A stretch of 64,000 bases of DNA from a virus (IMGVR_UViG_3300024493_000235:32001-96000), one strand, 5' to 3'; positions 1 to 11,019 are shown, counted from the stretch's first letter. Notes: generated by a model not told the origin, from the letters alone. Numbers and translations are program-made.

Positions 1-7
1 TTTGTTT

Positions 8-751
8 TTATGCGGCTATCGATATATAATCGATTTGTTTTTGCATCACTTCCTGTTCTGTAAGTTGTGATGTATTATAAAGGGCAAGACCGTCATATTG
101 GATTAACGTGTATTTTACTTCAAGAGATTGTGGAATATTTCCAGGACATGTATTATCCCATTCTGCCAAACGTTCTAATACGAGATTTCCCGTATCTGTA
201 AAGAATTCTTTGTATTCTTCGATATATTGTTTCCACATTCCATATACTAAAGCTGGATGTACATCAAATTCATCATGATGAATCATTTCATGACAAGATT
301 TTGACACAGGAACTAATCCTATTAAGTTTCTGTAATGAAGAGCCATTACTTCGTCTCCAACTTTAAACTCATCGGCATATCCGTGATCTATAATATGCTT
401 ATTGCATATTGTACGAACAATATCATCAAGTTTAAAAGGTGTATGATGAATATCTATCTGTACAGAAGCTACGGATTTGGTTGAAATATCGCTTGTTATA
501 CCAGGAAGAAACATGCAACGGGTAAAATTCATGTTTTGTTTTAAATATCTCATGTATTGTTTGTATTCCATCGATTGACGAATGAGAGTTATCATTTTAT
601 GCACATTGTCATTTTGGGCATCTGTAACATATGTATTATTTACAAACGAAGGAATCGATTGTAATACAATTTTTTGCATAGTATCTGTTGCAATCTTTTT
701 TCCAACAGAATCTATCGCAAGAGTTTTATTATTTTTTTTGCATTTACACAT
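8..751 (-). CDS. HNH-like (His-Me finger) jumbo-phage protein
   Basis: IDIHHTPF...GLVPVSKSCHEMIH pattern; start moved to ATG 751, which has an AAGGAG RBS and an AACA-N6-TA motif at 766-777. Confidence 0.55.
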   Translation of the reverse strand: MCKCKKNNKTLAIDSVGKKIATDTMQKIVLQSIPSFVNNTYVTDAQNDNVHKMITLIRQSMEYKQYMRYLKQNMNFTRCMFLPGITSDISTKSVASVQIDIHHTPFKLDDIVRTICNKHIIDHGYADEFKVGDEVMALHYRNLIGLVPVSKSCHEMIHHDEFDVHPALVYGMWKQYIEEYKEFFTDTGNLVLERLAEWDNTCPGNIPQSLEVKYTLIQYDGLALYNTSQLTEQEVMQKQIDYISIAA

Positions 752-765
752 TATGTACTCCTTTT

Positions 766-797
766 TATATCGATGTTTTTGTATAAACATTTGGGTA
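766..797. promoter_or_regulatory. Divergent pair of AACA-N6-TA promoters (minus 766-777, plus 786-797)
   Basis: AACATCGATATA (-) and AACATTTGGGTA (+), each 15-30 nt before a start codon. Confidence 0.6.
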
Positions 798-823
798 AAA
801 CTTTTATACAAAGGTGTTTTATT

Positions 824-3124
824 ATGGAAAAAAATACTATATGGGAAGACACACTTCATACTCTTCACTATGAAGAATATGAGATTATAGATGAACCTAA
901 AAACGAATTTGGCGAGTTCAGACAAGTTCTTAAATTTACTTTATACGATTATCAAGGACAAGAAGATTTTGAGCATATCACAACAATTAAAGATGATATA
1001 GGAACGATTACGTTTACAGACGTGTGTTCTGTACACAATATACTCGAGACTTATACAAGAAGACCTTTAAGCGATTTTGACAAAGTCATTATAGAGCTTG
1101 ACGGTTCTAAAGAAGGAAAAGATATTAATCTCGATTTTTCAGCATTAACTCGCATAGAAGAATGCAAGGTATTGCACATCGTAAACACCTCTGCTGTAAG
1201 ACGATTGTTTGTAACTATGAATATGTCCGCAACTCACGATGCTGAAGGCAATGTAGAAAAAGAAGCAATGTTTGATGATGTAACATTCCTTCGCTTTGAA
1301 AATTGTGTGTTCCCACAAGGAATTAAAGCAAATGACAGAGATAAACTTATCATTGAATTTGCGGGCTGTGATATGTACGAAAACCTTATATTCTTTGATA
1401 GTAGGATTCCAGCTCCTATTTCTACGTTAAGCGTAAAATTTGAAAACTGTTCGTTCTATGATATGAAAACAATTCTTGTCAATAGGGCGATAAATTTCAT
1501 TCTTGCAGACTGCACAATGATGAACAAAAAGATACCCGATAAATATTATGAGACTGCAGAAAATCTTAACATCGGCGACTTTATTAACCCTTCTTTACGT
1601 GTTGAAAACTGCGAGAATGTGGAAGTGATAAAGTTTAGATACATTAATATGGTAACAGGTATTGAGTTCTCTAAATGCAAAAACTTTCTTATGGCAAGTG
1701 TAATAGGAAGTCACGTATTGGCAAGTAAAGCGATATCAAGAACTATAAGTGTATCAGAATGTGATTCTGTAAAAATAGCTGATATCGAAATAAACGGTGT
1801 TATAGTTGATTCTTGCAAAGATGTTAATATCGCAGGGGTTACTATATCAAGAAAAACAGCATCTCGTGCTGCATTCGGTATACAAGTAATTAGATGCACA
1901 GAAAAAATAACAATATGCGGAATAAAACCTGAAGCAGATTCTGTAATTACAGGAGTATCTGTTTCCATGTGTGAAGGGGAAGTGTCGTTAGGAGATTGTA
2001 TATTCGAAGGAATTGCAATCGGTGCTATGTTCGCAGGAATGGAAAAAGATATAACTATCGTATCCACGGTATGTACGGATATTACAGAATGTGCATTTGT
2101 TTTCAAAACATGTTTCGGTTCATCCAAACTTATCGACACCGTGATAAAAACTTCCCGTGCCGCAGTTCAAGCCACTGAAGGAGACGAGTTGCAACTAATA
2201 GGATGTACTATACACGGATTTACTTCAGATGGACCAACAAGACTCTTAAGGGATATTGCATGTAAAGCATATAAATCCTTTTCGATAGTAAAAGAGACAT
2301 ATGTCACAGGACTTTCGATATCACTTGATACTGTACAAGAATGTATATTTGAAAATGCTGTTATTGAAAGGTCGTATTTAGATAGCGACACGGTATCGGA
2401 ATTCATGCAAAAAAATGTCAAATATTCTGCAGAAGATGTTACTGTAAAAGATGAAGAATCTGCAGTGCAATTAAAATCCATTGAAAAGCTTGATATGAGA
2501 TCGTGTCTATTCGAAGATTTTTATCCGATATTTTTATATGTCGACACTGTACTTATATCAAAATCTGTATTCTCCTGCGGTCTCAGACTTGATTTCTCTG
2601 GAGATACAGATTCGGAATTCTCCGAGAATCAGATAGGGCATGACGGGTCTGCTCGTTATGCGAAAGACATTCAAGCTCTTTTCTTAACCGCATGCAAAGG
2701 ACTTACTATTTCGGAAAATACATTTTTCTCGAAAAGTAATACAACGTGTATTGATATGAGATATTGCTTTTGTTGTATCCTCAACAATGATAACACTTAT
2801 AAAAACCCTAATACTTCTATCAATGTAGTTCCAAGTGAAATCAATTGTAACCATTTCACAATGTTTACAAAAGCGTATGCTGAACTTGAGAGGTTAAATC
2901 AACCAAGTATTTCGACAACTTCGGTATTCAAAGAACTCTTGTATTTTCAAGCAAAGGCTGAATACTTACGAAGATATAGGGAACTTCCTAATTTTGAAGA
3001 AGAATTTGATGTATATGAAACACATAAAAACATCGTATCCTTTTCCAACCCTGAAGATGGCTGGGCACCATATTTCATCTCTAGTGTAAACAAAACTGTC
3101 AAAGCCATTTGTAAGTCTATATAA
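824..3124 (+). CDS. Large right-handed parallel beta-helix (pectin-lyase-like) protein, possibly virion-associated
   Basis: Repeated I/V-x-F-x-N/D-C strands over several hundred aa; start ATG 824 after AAAGGTG. Confidence 0.55.
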   Translation: MEKNTIWEDTLHTLHYEEYEIIDEPKNEFGEFRQVLKFTLYDYQGQEDFEHITTIKDDIGTITFTDVCSVHNILETYTRRPLSDFDKVIIELDGSKEGKDINLDFSALTRIEECKVLHIVNTSAVRRLFVTMNMSATHDAEGNVEKEAMFDDVTFLRFENCVFPQGIKANDRDKLIIEFAGCDMYENLIFFDSRIPAPISTLSVKFENCSFYDMKTILVNRAINFILADCTMMNKKIPDKYYETAENLNIGDFINPSLRVENCENVEVIKFRYINMVTGIEFSKCKNFLMASVIGSHVLASKAISRTISVSECDSVKIADIEINGVIVDSCKDVNIAGVTISRKTASRAAFGIQVIRCTEKITICGIKPEADSVITGVSVSMCEGEVSLGDCIFEGIAIGAMFAGMEKDITIVSTVCTDITECAFVFKTCFGSSKLIDTVIKTSRAAVQATEGDELQLIGCTIHGFTSDGPTRLLRDIACKAYKSFSIVKETYVTGLSISLDTVQECIFENAVIERSYLDSDTVSEFMQKNVKYSAEDVTVKDEESAVQLKSIEKLDMRSCLFEDFYPIFLYVDTVLISKSVFSCGLRLDFSGDTDSEFSENQIGHDGSARYAKDIQALFLTACKGLTISENTFFSKSNTTCIDMRYCFCCILNNDNTYKNPNTSINVVPSEINCNHFTMFTKAYAELERLNQPSISTTSVFKELLYFQAKAEYLRRYRELPNFEEEFDVYETHKNIVSFSNPEDGWAPYFISSVNKTVKAICKSI

Positions 3125-3146
3125 TAAATAGTGAGGAAAAGAAAAC

Positions 3147-3938
3147 ATGGAATCATCACAATTCTATATCAATAAAAATATCGAATTTCTTGTCAACAAA
3201 AGGATTTACGAATATGATATAAATAAAGCCGGTGTTACAGCTTTAAAGAACTCTGGTATTATATCAGAAGATACATATAACTTGTGGGTAAATACATCTA
3301 AAGAGCGTACAGTAAAAACAGTTGGCAGAAATCTTGCGCAGGAAATGGACATAATAAACGAAAAGATAGCTAAGGCTGTTGATACGTTTTTACGAATTAA
3401 CGAAGTACCAAAGTCTGCTGTAATATCGAAGAAGCGAGATGCGGTTTTTATATACAATAACCGAGTTCTTAAAAATGAAGTCGATGGATTCACATTTACA
3501 ATAAAACACAAATATACATCCTACTTTAAATTCGACGATTTTGAGCTATATTATAATAGCTTAAAAAATAAACTTGATATTAAAGGATTAAAAGAGGAGT
3601 TTTATGAATTGCATCTTTTAATTCCTTATATCAAAAAATGCATTAAAATGTTTGAACAGCTAGATCAGAGATATCTTAGCTACTCTGAAGTGTATTCGTA
3701 TGTACATACTCTTCGTACAAAGTACGTTACATGTAAACTTCCTACAGGTTGTTATAGAGAGTTAGCTACAGGATCTCCATTTTTAGTGTACGATAAAAAA
3801 GAAAATCAAACAATGGAATGTGCAATGATTCCAAAGGGAGAAAACTATTCCCTTGTAATCAATTACAACTTTGTAAAGTTTATCATTCCGTTCATTAACC
3901 TTTTATCACAATACAGCTTTAGCACATTTAGGAGATAG
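3147..3938 (+). CDS. Hypothetical protein with polymerase-palm-like motifs
   Basis: 263-aa ORF with GAGG RBS; IYEYDINKAG and ISKKRDAVFI resemble polymerase motif A and C strands. Confidence 0.45.
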   Translation: MESSQFYINKNIEFLVNKRIYEYDINKAGVTALKNSGIISEDTYNLWVNTSKERTVKTVGRNLAQEMDIINEKIAKAVDTFLRINEVPKSAVISKKRDAVFIYNNRVLKNEVDGFTFTIKHKYTSYFKFDDFELYYNSLKNKLDIKGLKEEFYELHLLIPYIKKCIKMFEQLDQRYLSYSEVYSYVHTLRTKYVTCKLPTGCYRELATGSPFLVYDKKENQTMECAMIPKGENYSLVINYNFVKFIIPFINLLSQYSFSTFRR

Positions 3939-3943
3939 ATTCC

Positions 3944-4408
3944 ATGGAAAAAGACTTACGATATTTAACAGTTGTTGACGTAACTTTTCCTGAAATCGTT
4001 ACAGCTTGTGCATTTGGAGACATGGCATTTATGGGTAAACATCTAAAGAATATGAAATTACATAAAAATGACTTTATCCAATTATGTAGGACAGCGATCG
4101 ACATATCAAACGAAGCTGTTTTAAGATTTCTCTTAGATGCGTATTATCAATATTGGACAACCGAAGTTTTCAAAAAGTTGTACGATTACGCACGACTTAA
4201 AAAAGCATGGCAATTTTTCAGGTTTCTTGATATATACATTGACAATGCCAATGCCAAAATCGAAGCCACCGAAAAGAAACTAGAAGAACAAAGGCTCAAA
4301 GAGGAAAAGAAAAATAAAAAGAAGTACCGTAATAGATGGTATCGTTTATACAATTTTATTAAACGATATATATCCTTTGGGTTCTTTCCAGAGTTAAAAG
4401 AACGTTAA
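3944..4408 (+). CDS. Hypothetical helical protein
   Basis: 154-aa ORF, AGGAG RBS, followed by terminator. Confidence 0.7.
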   Translation: MEKDLRYLTVVDVTFPEIVTACAFGDMAFMGKHLKNMKLHKNDFIQLCRTAIDISNEAVLRFLLDAYYQYWTTEVFKKLYDYARLKKAWQFFRFLDIYIDNANAKIEATEKKLEEQRLKEEKKNKKKYRNRWYRLYNFIKRYISFGFFPELKER

Positions 4409-4417
4409 AAAAATAAC

Positions 4418-4441
4418 CTCCACAGCCATTTGGCTGTGGAG
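4418..4441. terminator. Bidirectional intrinsic terminator
   Basis: CTCCACAGCCA-TT-TGGCTGTGGAG between convergent genes, with A/T tracts on both sides. Confidence 0.75.
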
Positions 4442-4446
4442 TTTTA

Positions 4447-4800
4447 TTATTCGTTATATTGTTTAACAGCAAACGAAAGGTTATGATTGGGACAATCTGC
4501 CATGTGAGTGTATCCGACAAGACCCATAGTAGCAAAACCGTATACAGGATATTCAAGATAATAACAATTACTTATTCGTACTATCCATGTATCAGCTTTT
4601 ATCTGCTTAATCTTTTTATAGATCGGTGCAGTTTCAGTGGCGACAGGTTCAGCATTTGCAGATACCTGTTGATTCTTGATTGCAATTTCGACTTCTCGTC
4701 TTGGTCTTTCTACGCAACTTGTAATAACCCATACTAATGCTACACAAGCGGCAATCACAACAGACAGTTTTAAATTGTAAAGTTTCTCTCTATCGTACAT
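4447..4800 (-). CDS. Membrane-anchored protein or lipoprotein, paralog of 4802-5095
   Basis: N-terminal hydrophobic helix ending ITSC; C-terminal WIV.I..CYYLEYP...GYTH...CPNH shared with neighbour. Confidence 0.7.
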   Translation of the reverse strand: MYDREKLYNLKLSVVIAACVALVWVITSCVERPRREVEIAIKNQQVSANAEPVATETAPIYKKIKQIKADTWIVRISNCYYLEYPVYGFATMGLVGYTHMADCPNHNLSFAVKQYNE

Positions 4801-4801
4801 A

Positions 4802-5095
4802 TTATTCTCCTTTATGATTAGGGCAATTTCCTATATGGGTATACCCATTAAGATATGATGTTGTAGGATATTCAAGATAATAACAACCTTCAATTTCAAC
4901 GATCCAAATTTCTGAATTAGGATTACTCTCAGATTTATACGGTTTAATCCTGCGCATATAGGTTTCAGTATCTATTTCAGGAACTGTTACCATTTCCACA
5001 TCACTCCTGTCTTTACCTTTTGCAATTAACAAAGCCTGATTTAAAACCCCATAAATGAGAATAATACTTATAACGAAAACAAAGTATTTAAACAT
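4802..5095 (-). CDS. Membrane-anchored protein, paralog of 4447-4800
   Basis: AGGAGG RBS before ATG 5095; TATATATCAT at 5114-5123 (-); shared C-terminal motif. Confidence 0.7.
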   Translation of the reverse strand: MFKYFVFVISIILIYGVLNQALLIAKGKDRSDVEMVTVPEIDTETYMRRIKPYKSESNPNSEIWIVEIEGCYYLEYPTTSYLNGYTHIGNCPNHKGE

Positions 5096-5215
5096 TTTAT
5101 TCCTCCTATCAATATGATATATAACCATATATCATTTTAACGCAGAAAGTTCTGTAAGAAAATGAATTTAACAATCATATAGACAATAGGCTATTTTAAA
5201 CAAGGAGGCGCCATC

Positions 5216-7204
5216 TTGTCAAAAAAGGTAAAAGAGAAAAGACCCAGTTTACTTTCCAAAGAGCAACCTTTTGTAGGGGTTGTATCTGTGAAATCTTTTA
5301 ATTACAAAAGCGAACTGTACACCAAATTGTATACGCATTTATACGGAAATACGCTTTTAGATTATACATACCGAATGAGAAAAATACAGTTTCGTTTTGA
5401 AGATGGACAGCTTGTAACAACCCGTGTTCGTACAGCCATCATTAACCTTATCTTTTGGAAACCGTATATCGATTCAAAACGAACAATCCCTTCTACTGCA
5501 ATGTTTGATACAAATACTATCTGTGAAGATACGATAGCTAAAAAGCTCGACGAAATCATAATGGAATTTAAGCCGTATATGACAATCGAAGAGTTGAGTA
5601 AAACCGAAATGCATATCGTAGAATCTCTTGCAACGATTTCAAAGAACTTTTGTATTATTCAAGGAAACACAATCGATGTAAGGGATATAATAGATCTTGC
5701 AAACAAGAATCCTCGCTTTGATGAACTTATTCACACAGAGTATCCTGATACTATGCCGATGGCGGATATTGAAAAAGATATCATGCTTCGTACAGAAGAA
5801 GCAAGAGATATAATCATAAACGATCATATATCAAACATACGGCCATTCTTAAACGCTGGCGGAAATGTGAATATGGGACAGATGTCTCAATGCTTGATAT
5901 CCATAGGACCAAGATCCGATATATATGGCAATATATCCCCTGTAATTGTTAACACGAATTTTATTCGTGGACTTCGTAATGTATCGGATTATTACCTTGA
6001 ATCATACTCTGCACGTAAAGCCCTTATTGCAAATAAATATGCAATGAGCGATTCAGGATACACGGCAAGACAAATGGATCTTCTTGGAATAGATGCAACG
6101 CTCGTCGACATCGAAGATTGTGGAAGTAATCATGTAATGGAAGTCGAAGTTACAAACAAGAAAGTACTTAATATGCTTCGATATAAATATTACGTGTCTG
6201 CAAAGAAGAGAGATGGAACCTATAAATATACCGAAATAGTTCCAGAGAAACACGGGGATTTAATCGGTAAGATAATATTAGTTCGCACACATGTATTGTG
6301 CAATCTTCCCGAAGGTCAATATTGCAAGAAGTGTTATGGAGAACTCGCATATTTTAATTTAGGATATCACACAAATCTTCTTGCTATGCACGCGCTGTCG
6401 GAACCTGTAGGGCAGATGGTACTTTCTACGAAACACTTAACTAAAACTCGCACTAAAGCTGTTGAATGGCCTGAAATACTATACAAATATTTCCGCTGTG
6501 AAACCGATGCGATATATCCGAAAACTGAGATATGTAACGGACAATTTGAAATCGCATTTTATACAGGGGATGTCGAAGAATATCTTAATATGTTTGAATC
6601 TAACTCTAGTGATGACGATGAAGACTCTTCTGATGGCATTCTACTCGATTATGTATCTCGTTTTGAACTTCATATAAACGGGGAAGCTATCGTATTCGAT
6701 GTTGGAGAAAATGAGCTTTATATAAATAATGAATTTTTATTAAAGCTTGTAAAATCTAATAAAGTCGAAGATGAAAAAATCTTTGTAAGCTTCTCTGGAA
6801 TTGCGGACGATTCTCCTATTTTTGATCTTAACATCGAAAACATCGAAATCACGGCATACTTAAAAAGAGTACAACGTCTTATCGGTATTAAGAACAAAAC
6901 AGTTCCACAAACAATCGAAAGCATTATAAAGCAGCTTATCGATATTATAAATGAGCTTAATATTCCGATGAACTTCGCGCATATTGAATCTATTGTGTAT
7001 AACATGGTGCGAGATCCTGCGATGCCGATACATAGGCCTAAAAATATAGGAGATCCGTATATAATCGTTCCGACATGTACGGCTATAACAATGTCAAGAA
7101 GTCTTTCAACGAGTCTTTCGTTCGAAAGAATTGGGGAGGCCCTTCGCAATACATATACATACATGAAAAACGGGCACCACTTTATGGACTCTTTTTACAA
7201 ATAA
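5216..7204 (+). CDS. Phage multisubunit RNA polymerase beta-prime C-terminal subunit (probably non-virion, phiKZ gp74/AR9 gp154-like)
   Basis: SGYTARQM (bridge helix), DCGS, CKKCYG, ALSEPVGQMVLSTKH (trigger loop); followed by an SF2 helicase as in phiKZ. Confidence 0.88.
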   Translation: MSKKVKEKRPSLLSKEQPFVGVVSVKSFNYKSELYTKLYTHLYGNTLLDYTYRMRKIQFRFEDGQLVTTRVRTAIINLIFWKPYIDSKRTIPSTAMFDTNTICEDTIAKKLDEIIMEFKPYMTIEELSKTEMHIVESLATISKNFCIIQGNTIDVRDIIDLANKNPRFDELIHTEYPDTMPMADIEKDIMLRTEEARDIIINDHISNIRPFLNAGGNVNMGQMSQCLISIGPRSDIYGNISPVIVNTNFIRGLRNVSDYYLESYSARKALIANKYAMSDSGYTARQMDLLGIDATLVDIEDCGSNHVMEVEVTNKKVLNMLRYKYYVSAKKRDGTYKYTEIVPEKHGDLIGKIILVRTHVLCNLPEGQYCKKCYGELAYFNLGYHTNLLAMHALSEPVGQMVLSTKHLTKTRTKAVEWPEILYKYFRCETDAIYPKTEICNGQFEIAFYTGDVEEYLNMFESNSSDDDEDSSDGILLDYVSRFELHINGEAIVFDVGENELYINNEFLLKLVKSNKVEDEKIFVSFSGIADDSPIFDLNIENIEITAYLKRVQRLIGIKNKTVPQTIESIIKQLIDIINELNIPMNFAHIESIVYNMVRDPAMPIHRPKNIGDPYIIVPTCTAITMSRSLSTSLSFERIGEALRNTYTYMKNGHHFMDSFYK

Positions 7205-7210
7205 GGAGAG

Positions 7211-8719
7211 ATGTCAATGGATGATCCCAGAATAGAAGTGAAACTTCAAAGATGCCGTGCGATCATCCATTGCACGGATCCAAAGTTTTTAGTTCAAAAT
7301 AACTTGCATAATTTGTTTACCGTTTTTGACTTCAAAGCCCAAAAGCTTGATATCACTAAGAGATATGCGTATGTAACATCTCAAGGCGATATCGAACTTC
7401 CTAGGTGTACTAATTTAAATAAGTTAAGATCAAAATTACAGAACCTCGGAATTTACGATTTCTCTATAATTGATGATTTACAAGGGGATTTAGTTCCGCA
7501 TAAAATGTTTGTCTCAAAAATAGATATAAGAGAAGGATTTAAAATCCGAGATGAATTTCAAAAAGAGGCTATATCATATCTTTGTTCTCCTTTACATAAC
7601 AATATGCATGTACGCCTTTTATCTCTTCCAACAGGATATGGAAAAACGTTTTGCGCAATATATGCGATGTGTTTTTATAAAATGAAAACACTTGTTATAG
7701 TTTCATCGCTTACAAAACAGTGGATACAAGAACTCCTTGATAAAACGACATGTCCGTATAATCAAGTTTTTGAAATAGCGGAAAGTATCAATACCGTAAA
7801 GGATTTAATATCCGGAAAAATAAATGCAAACAAATATTCAGTCTTTGTAGCATCAACTAGAACACTTGCTAATGCAATCGAACAGGGATTGTATTTAAAG
7901 CTTCTGTATAAACTTGGAATAGGGCTTAAGATAATAGACGAATTTCATTTTGCAACGTATACAAACAACAAGTTTGATTTAGCATATAATGTAAATGAAA
8001 CTATTTATCTTACAGCTACAGCTATGAGAAGTAACCCGGCGGAAAATTACACATTTTCTTGTGCATATCACACTCTTCCTAAATTCGGAGGAGATATTCA
8101 AGAATATGCAAAGAAATATTTAAATACAATGTGGATAATGTACAATACAAATCCGACTGTAAAAGATTTAAAATCGTGCTCATCATTTTTCGGATTTAAT
8201 ACCGTAAAATTCTGTGAGCATATTTTCTCAGATGAGCATATAGATGATATTGTATACATAATCAAATATGTGCTCGATTTAACCCTTAATAAGATAGACT
8301 CTGATGAAAAAATACTTATCATCGTGGAGCTACTAAAATACTGCTCACAACTTGTTAATATCTTACGCAAGATTTATCCTAATGTAAGTATTGGTGAATA
8401 TACGACTAACATAAAAGCAGAAGATAAGAGGGACGAACTTAAAAATCAAATCATTATCGGAACCAACGAAGGCTTCGGTCAAGGGATTGATTTTAACAAT
8501 AAGCTTCGTATGCTTATAAATACGACAACGTATAATTCCAAAATAACGGCAACACAACTTCCAGGACGCATTAGGGACATCATAGGAAAAGATTGTTGGT
8601 ATGTCGATATTGTAAATAGGGGATTTAAAAGAGTCTGGGATCATTATGTAAAGCGAAAAAAGATAATAGACAGATTCTCCAAACGTGTCGTAGTCAAAAT
8701 CGCAAGAGAGGATTTCTAA
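7211..8719 (+). CDS. Superfamily 2 (DExH) helicase
   Basis: LPTGYGKT (Walker A), IIDEFH, LTAT, QLPGRIR. Confidence 0.9.
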   Translation: MSMDDPRIEVKLQRCRAIIHCTDPKFLVQNNLHNLFTVFDFKAQKLDITKRYAYVTSQGDIELPRCTNLNKLRSKLQNLGIYDFSIIDDLQGDLVPHKMFVSKIDIREGFKIRDEFQKEAISYLCSPLHNNMHVRLLSLPTGYGKTFCAIYAMCFYKMKTLVIVSSLTKQWIQELLDKTTCPYNQVFEIAESINTVKDLISGKINANKYSVFVASTRTLANAIEQGLYLKLLYKLGIGLKIIDEFHFATYTNNKFDLAYNVNETIYLTATAMRSNPAENYTFSCAYHTLPKFGGDIQEYAKKYLNTMWIMYNTNPTVKDLKSCSSFFGFNTVKFCEHIFSDEHIDDIVYIIKYVLDLTLNKIDSDEKILIIVELLKYCSQLVNILRKIYPNVSIGEYTTNIKAEDKRDELKNQIIIGTNEGFGQGIDFNNKLRMLINTTTYNSKITATQLPGRIRDIIGKDCWYVDIVNRGFKRVWDHYVKRKKIIDRFSKRVVVKIAREDF

Positions 8720-8720
8720 T

Positions 8721-9416
8721 ATGGCATATTCCCCAGTAGAATCTTGCACAAAATATGTGTTTAATATAAATGACTATCTCAAACTTTCTGTTAAAGTCAC
8801 TTTAGCCTCAAGGGATATGGGACAGAGAAGAAGAAAATTTATGGTGCAAAAAGATTATCACAGTAATTGGTATAGGGACGTATCTTCCTTATCTTCTGTG
8901 TACATATCGACACAAGATTTCCTTCTTCTTGAATCCGATTTGCCATTCTCAAAAAGAGAAAACGTACAGGATTATAGGGTACATCGCATAGCATTTTCAT
9001 ACGATAATCTTCATGTACTTTTTCAAACACTTTCAAAGGCATATACATGGCTAGCTCAAGACGGAGTTTTTAAGACCGAAGATGATAACGATTTTCTATC
9101 AGTTGTTGGGACAACAATGCCCTATGCTCGCTGTGATAGCATGCACTTAAAACAAATGAGCGACATTGTATTAACTTTATCACCTACAATACAAACAAAC
9201 GCATTTAACAAAAATGAGAGAGCCGTTCTCTTCACATTTGGAGTAAATCCTCCAGTACAAGTAACGTCAATTACGTTACACCAACTATCTTCGATACTAT
9301 ATTTTCTACAGCATTTTGATTTATGCACCTGTGCAACCGCTATTGTAAATCAGACAATAGTGGGGTTGCCATTTCTTATAAAGAAAGAGGAGATAAATAA
9401 TGATAACAAGAGCTGA
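8721..9416 (+). CDS. Hypothetical protein
   Basis: 231-aa ORF starting 1 nt after the helicase stop. Confidence 0.7.
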   Translation: MAYSPVESCTKYVFNINDYLKLSVKVTLASRDMGQRRRKFMVQKDYHSNWYRDVSSLSSVYISTQDFLLLESDLPFSKRENVQDYRVHRIAFSYDNLHVLFQTLSKAYTWLAQDGVFKTEDDNDFLSVVGTTMPYARCDSMHLKQMSDIVLTLSPTIQTNAFNKNERAVLFTFGVNPPVQVTSITLHQLSSILYFLQHFDLCTCATAIVNQTIVGLPFLIKKEEINNDNKS

Positions 9417-10071
9417 ACGTTTTGACAGCAGTTCGGGAAAAACATATACCGAATATTCCGGTTGGGAAATGCACGACGACTATGTCGAAATTGCAGTAAA
9501 AAATTACAATGATACTTTCTCCGTAAGGCGCATTAAGAAAGATGCCCTTAAAGATGGAGATGCGACATATTTACACGACGATCCGTATCCGTCATATGAA
9601 AGCGATAGAGTAAACGGCTTTCCAAATCCGTTCAGATACGAAAAGAGCACTGACAGCTTTGAGCATGTTAATATGCTCGAATGGGCTTTGCTTCGAAGTT
9701 GCGGCAGGTTTCTTGGTATATCTTTTAACGGCATATACACTCAACTCACTGATGATAAACACAGCGACCAGAAGTTTGATATTTCAACTTCTGAAAAACT
9801 TAGGAAATATATCCTTGAGAATACAATATTCCTTCGGCTCTTGGAAATTGAAGTTATCGAAAGGGAGCCTGATACCCCGTTTGGATATACGGCAATCATT
9901 CACGTAAAACAAGCAGGCGAATCTCTTTACAAAGTGCTTCTCGAATTAGCGCAATTCTTTACGACATTCGAGAAAACACTCAACTACAAAAAGGATATCG
10001 TCACTGTAAAATTTGACGGTTGTCCTTGCAATTGTGAGAAGGAAAATGCAGAATCTGAAAGTAGTGAATAA
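9400..10071 (+). CDS. Hypothetical protein
   Basis: 223-aa ORF, GAGGAG RBS. Confidence 0.7.
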   Translation: MITRAERFDSSSGKTYTEYSGWEMHDDYVEIAVKNYNDTFSVRRIKKDALKDGDATYLHDDPYPSYESDRVNGFPNPFRYEKSTDSFEHVNMLEWALLRSCGRFLGISFNGIYTQLTDDKHSDQKFDISTSEKLRKYILENTIFLRLLEIEVIEREPDTPFGYTAIIHVKQAGESLYKVLLELAQFFTTFEKTLNYKKDIVTVKFDGCPCNCEKENAESESSE

Positions 10072-10462
10072 TACGGTTACAATACCGGGATCTTTTTCTA
10101 TATGGATAGACGGCGGAAAATACTTTATCAAGATATATTCAAGCCAATGCTCAACGATTACAAGCGCTCAGCATGATACGACTTTCTATATAAAGAAAGA
10201 TTCGGATCTTTTTACTTTGTTTAAAGATCACATTTTTAACTACTGCAACCTGTTTGACTTTAGACCTCTTTTTCTATGCGATGCGTATTTTTCAATTCGT
10301 ATGATTACAGAAAACATTTCCACTAAGCGTATACAAAACGATAATGGGACTGTATTTGGAATTTCGGCAGACAGGACTGCAAACGGACAAGAAGAGCTTA
10401 TCTATTGTGCTGCTGAAAAGTTCATTGAAGCTGTGAAAAAGAGGGTACAACTCTTGATATAA
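10046..10462 (+). CDS. Hypothetical protein
   Basis: ATG 10046 after GAAGGA, in frame with the 10013 ORF. Confidence 0.6.
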   Translation: MQNLKVVNNTVTIPGSFSIWIDGGKYFIKIYSSQCSTITSAQHDTTFYIKKDSDLFTLFKDHIFNYCNLFDFRPLFLCDAYFSIRMITENISTKRIQNDNGTVFGISADRTANGQEELIYCAAEKFIEAVKKRVQLLI

Positions 10463-10504
10463 AAACATAAAGATAAGTATATATCATACAAACAGGAGAT
10501 TATC

Positions 10505-10936
10505 ATGGCAGAGGAAAACGCTGTTATTTTTGATGACAATCAAAAGAGGCTCACGAAAGAGCTTATTACATCAACCGTATCTTTTAACTCAACGGACATC
10601 AAAGCTTTTGCTACAATTGGGGCACTAAAGTACGAAGATGCCCAAGCTCTTCAAGGAGAACTCGCATCGCAAGTTGTTCCTGAAGAGAAGACAAAATGTT
10701 GTACGGCCCTTCATAAGAAAGCTGTACTCCTTACGGCCAAACAAAAACAAGATCCGTTATACGAAGAGTTCATAAAACTCTTTTCGGCCATTCAGAAAGT
10801 TTCGGACGACCTTGAAGCTAAGTATGGCGCTGAAGCAAGTGTAAATACAGGGAGCCTTATAGGGAAACTTGATAAGAGACTTTCCGACACACACGCATGC
10901 GAAGACACACGGCAAAAACTTGGGATATTTGCGTAA
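10505..10936 (+). CDS. Hypothetical protein
   Basis: AGGAG RBS; preceded by AACA-N6-TA (10464-10475) and TATATATCAT (10478-10487); own terminator. Confidence 0.75.
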   Translation: MAEENAVIFDDNQKRLTKELITSTVSFNSTDIKAFATIGALKYEDAQALQGELASQVVPEEKTKCCTALHKKAVLLTAKQKQDPLYEEFIKLFSAIQKVSDDLEAKYGAEASVNTGSLIGKLDKRLSDTHACEDTRQKLGIFA

Positions 10937-10940
10937 AAAT

Positions 10941-10971
10941 AATATGCAAGGCCATTATGGCCTTGCATATT
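10941..10971 (+). terminator. Intrinsic terminator, GGCC-core family
   Basis: AATATGCAAGGCC-ATTAT-GGCCTTGCATATT then T tract. Confidence 0.8.
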
Positions 10972-11019
10972 TTATGTGTAAAGATAGGCTAACATGGAAA
11001 TAAACAAAAAGGAGCTATT

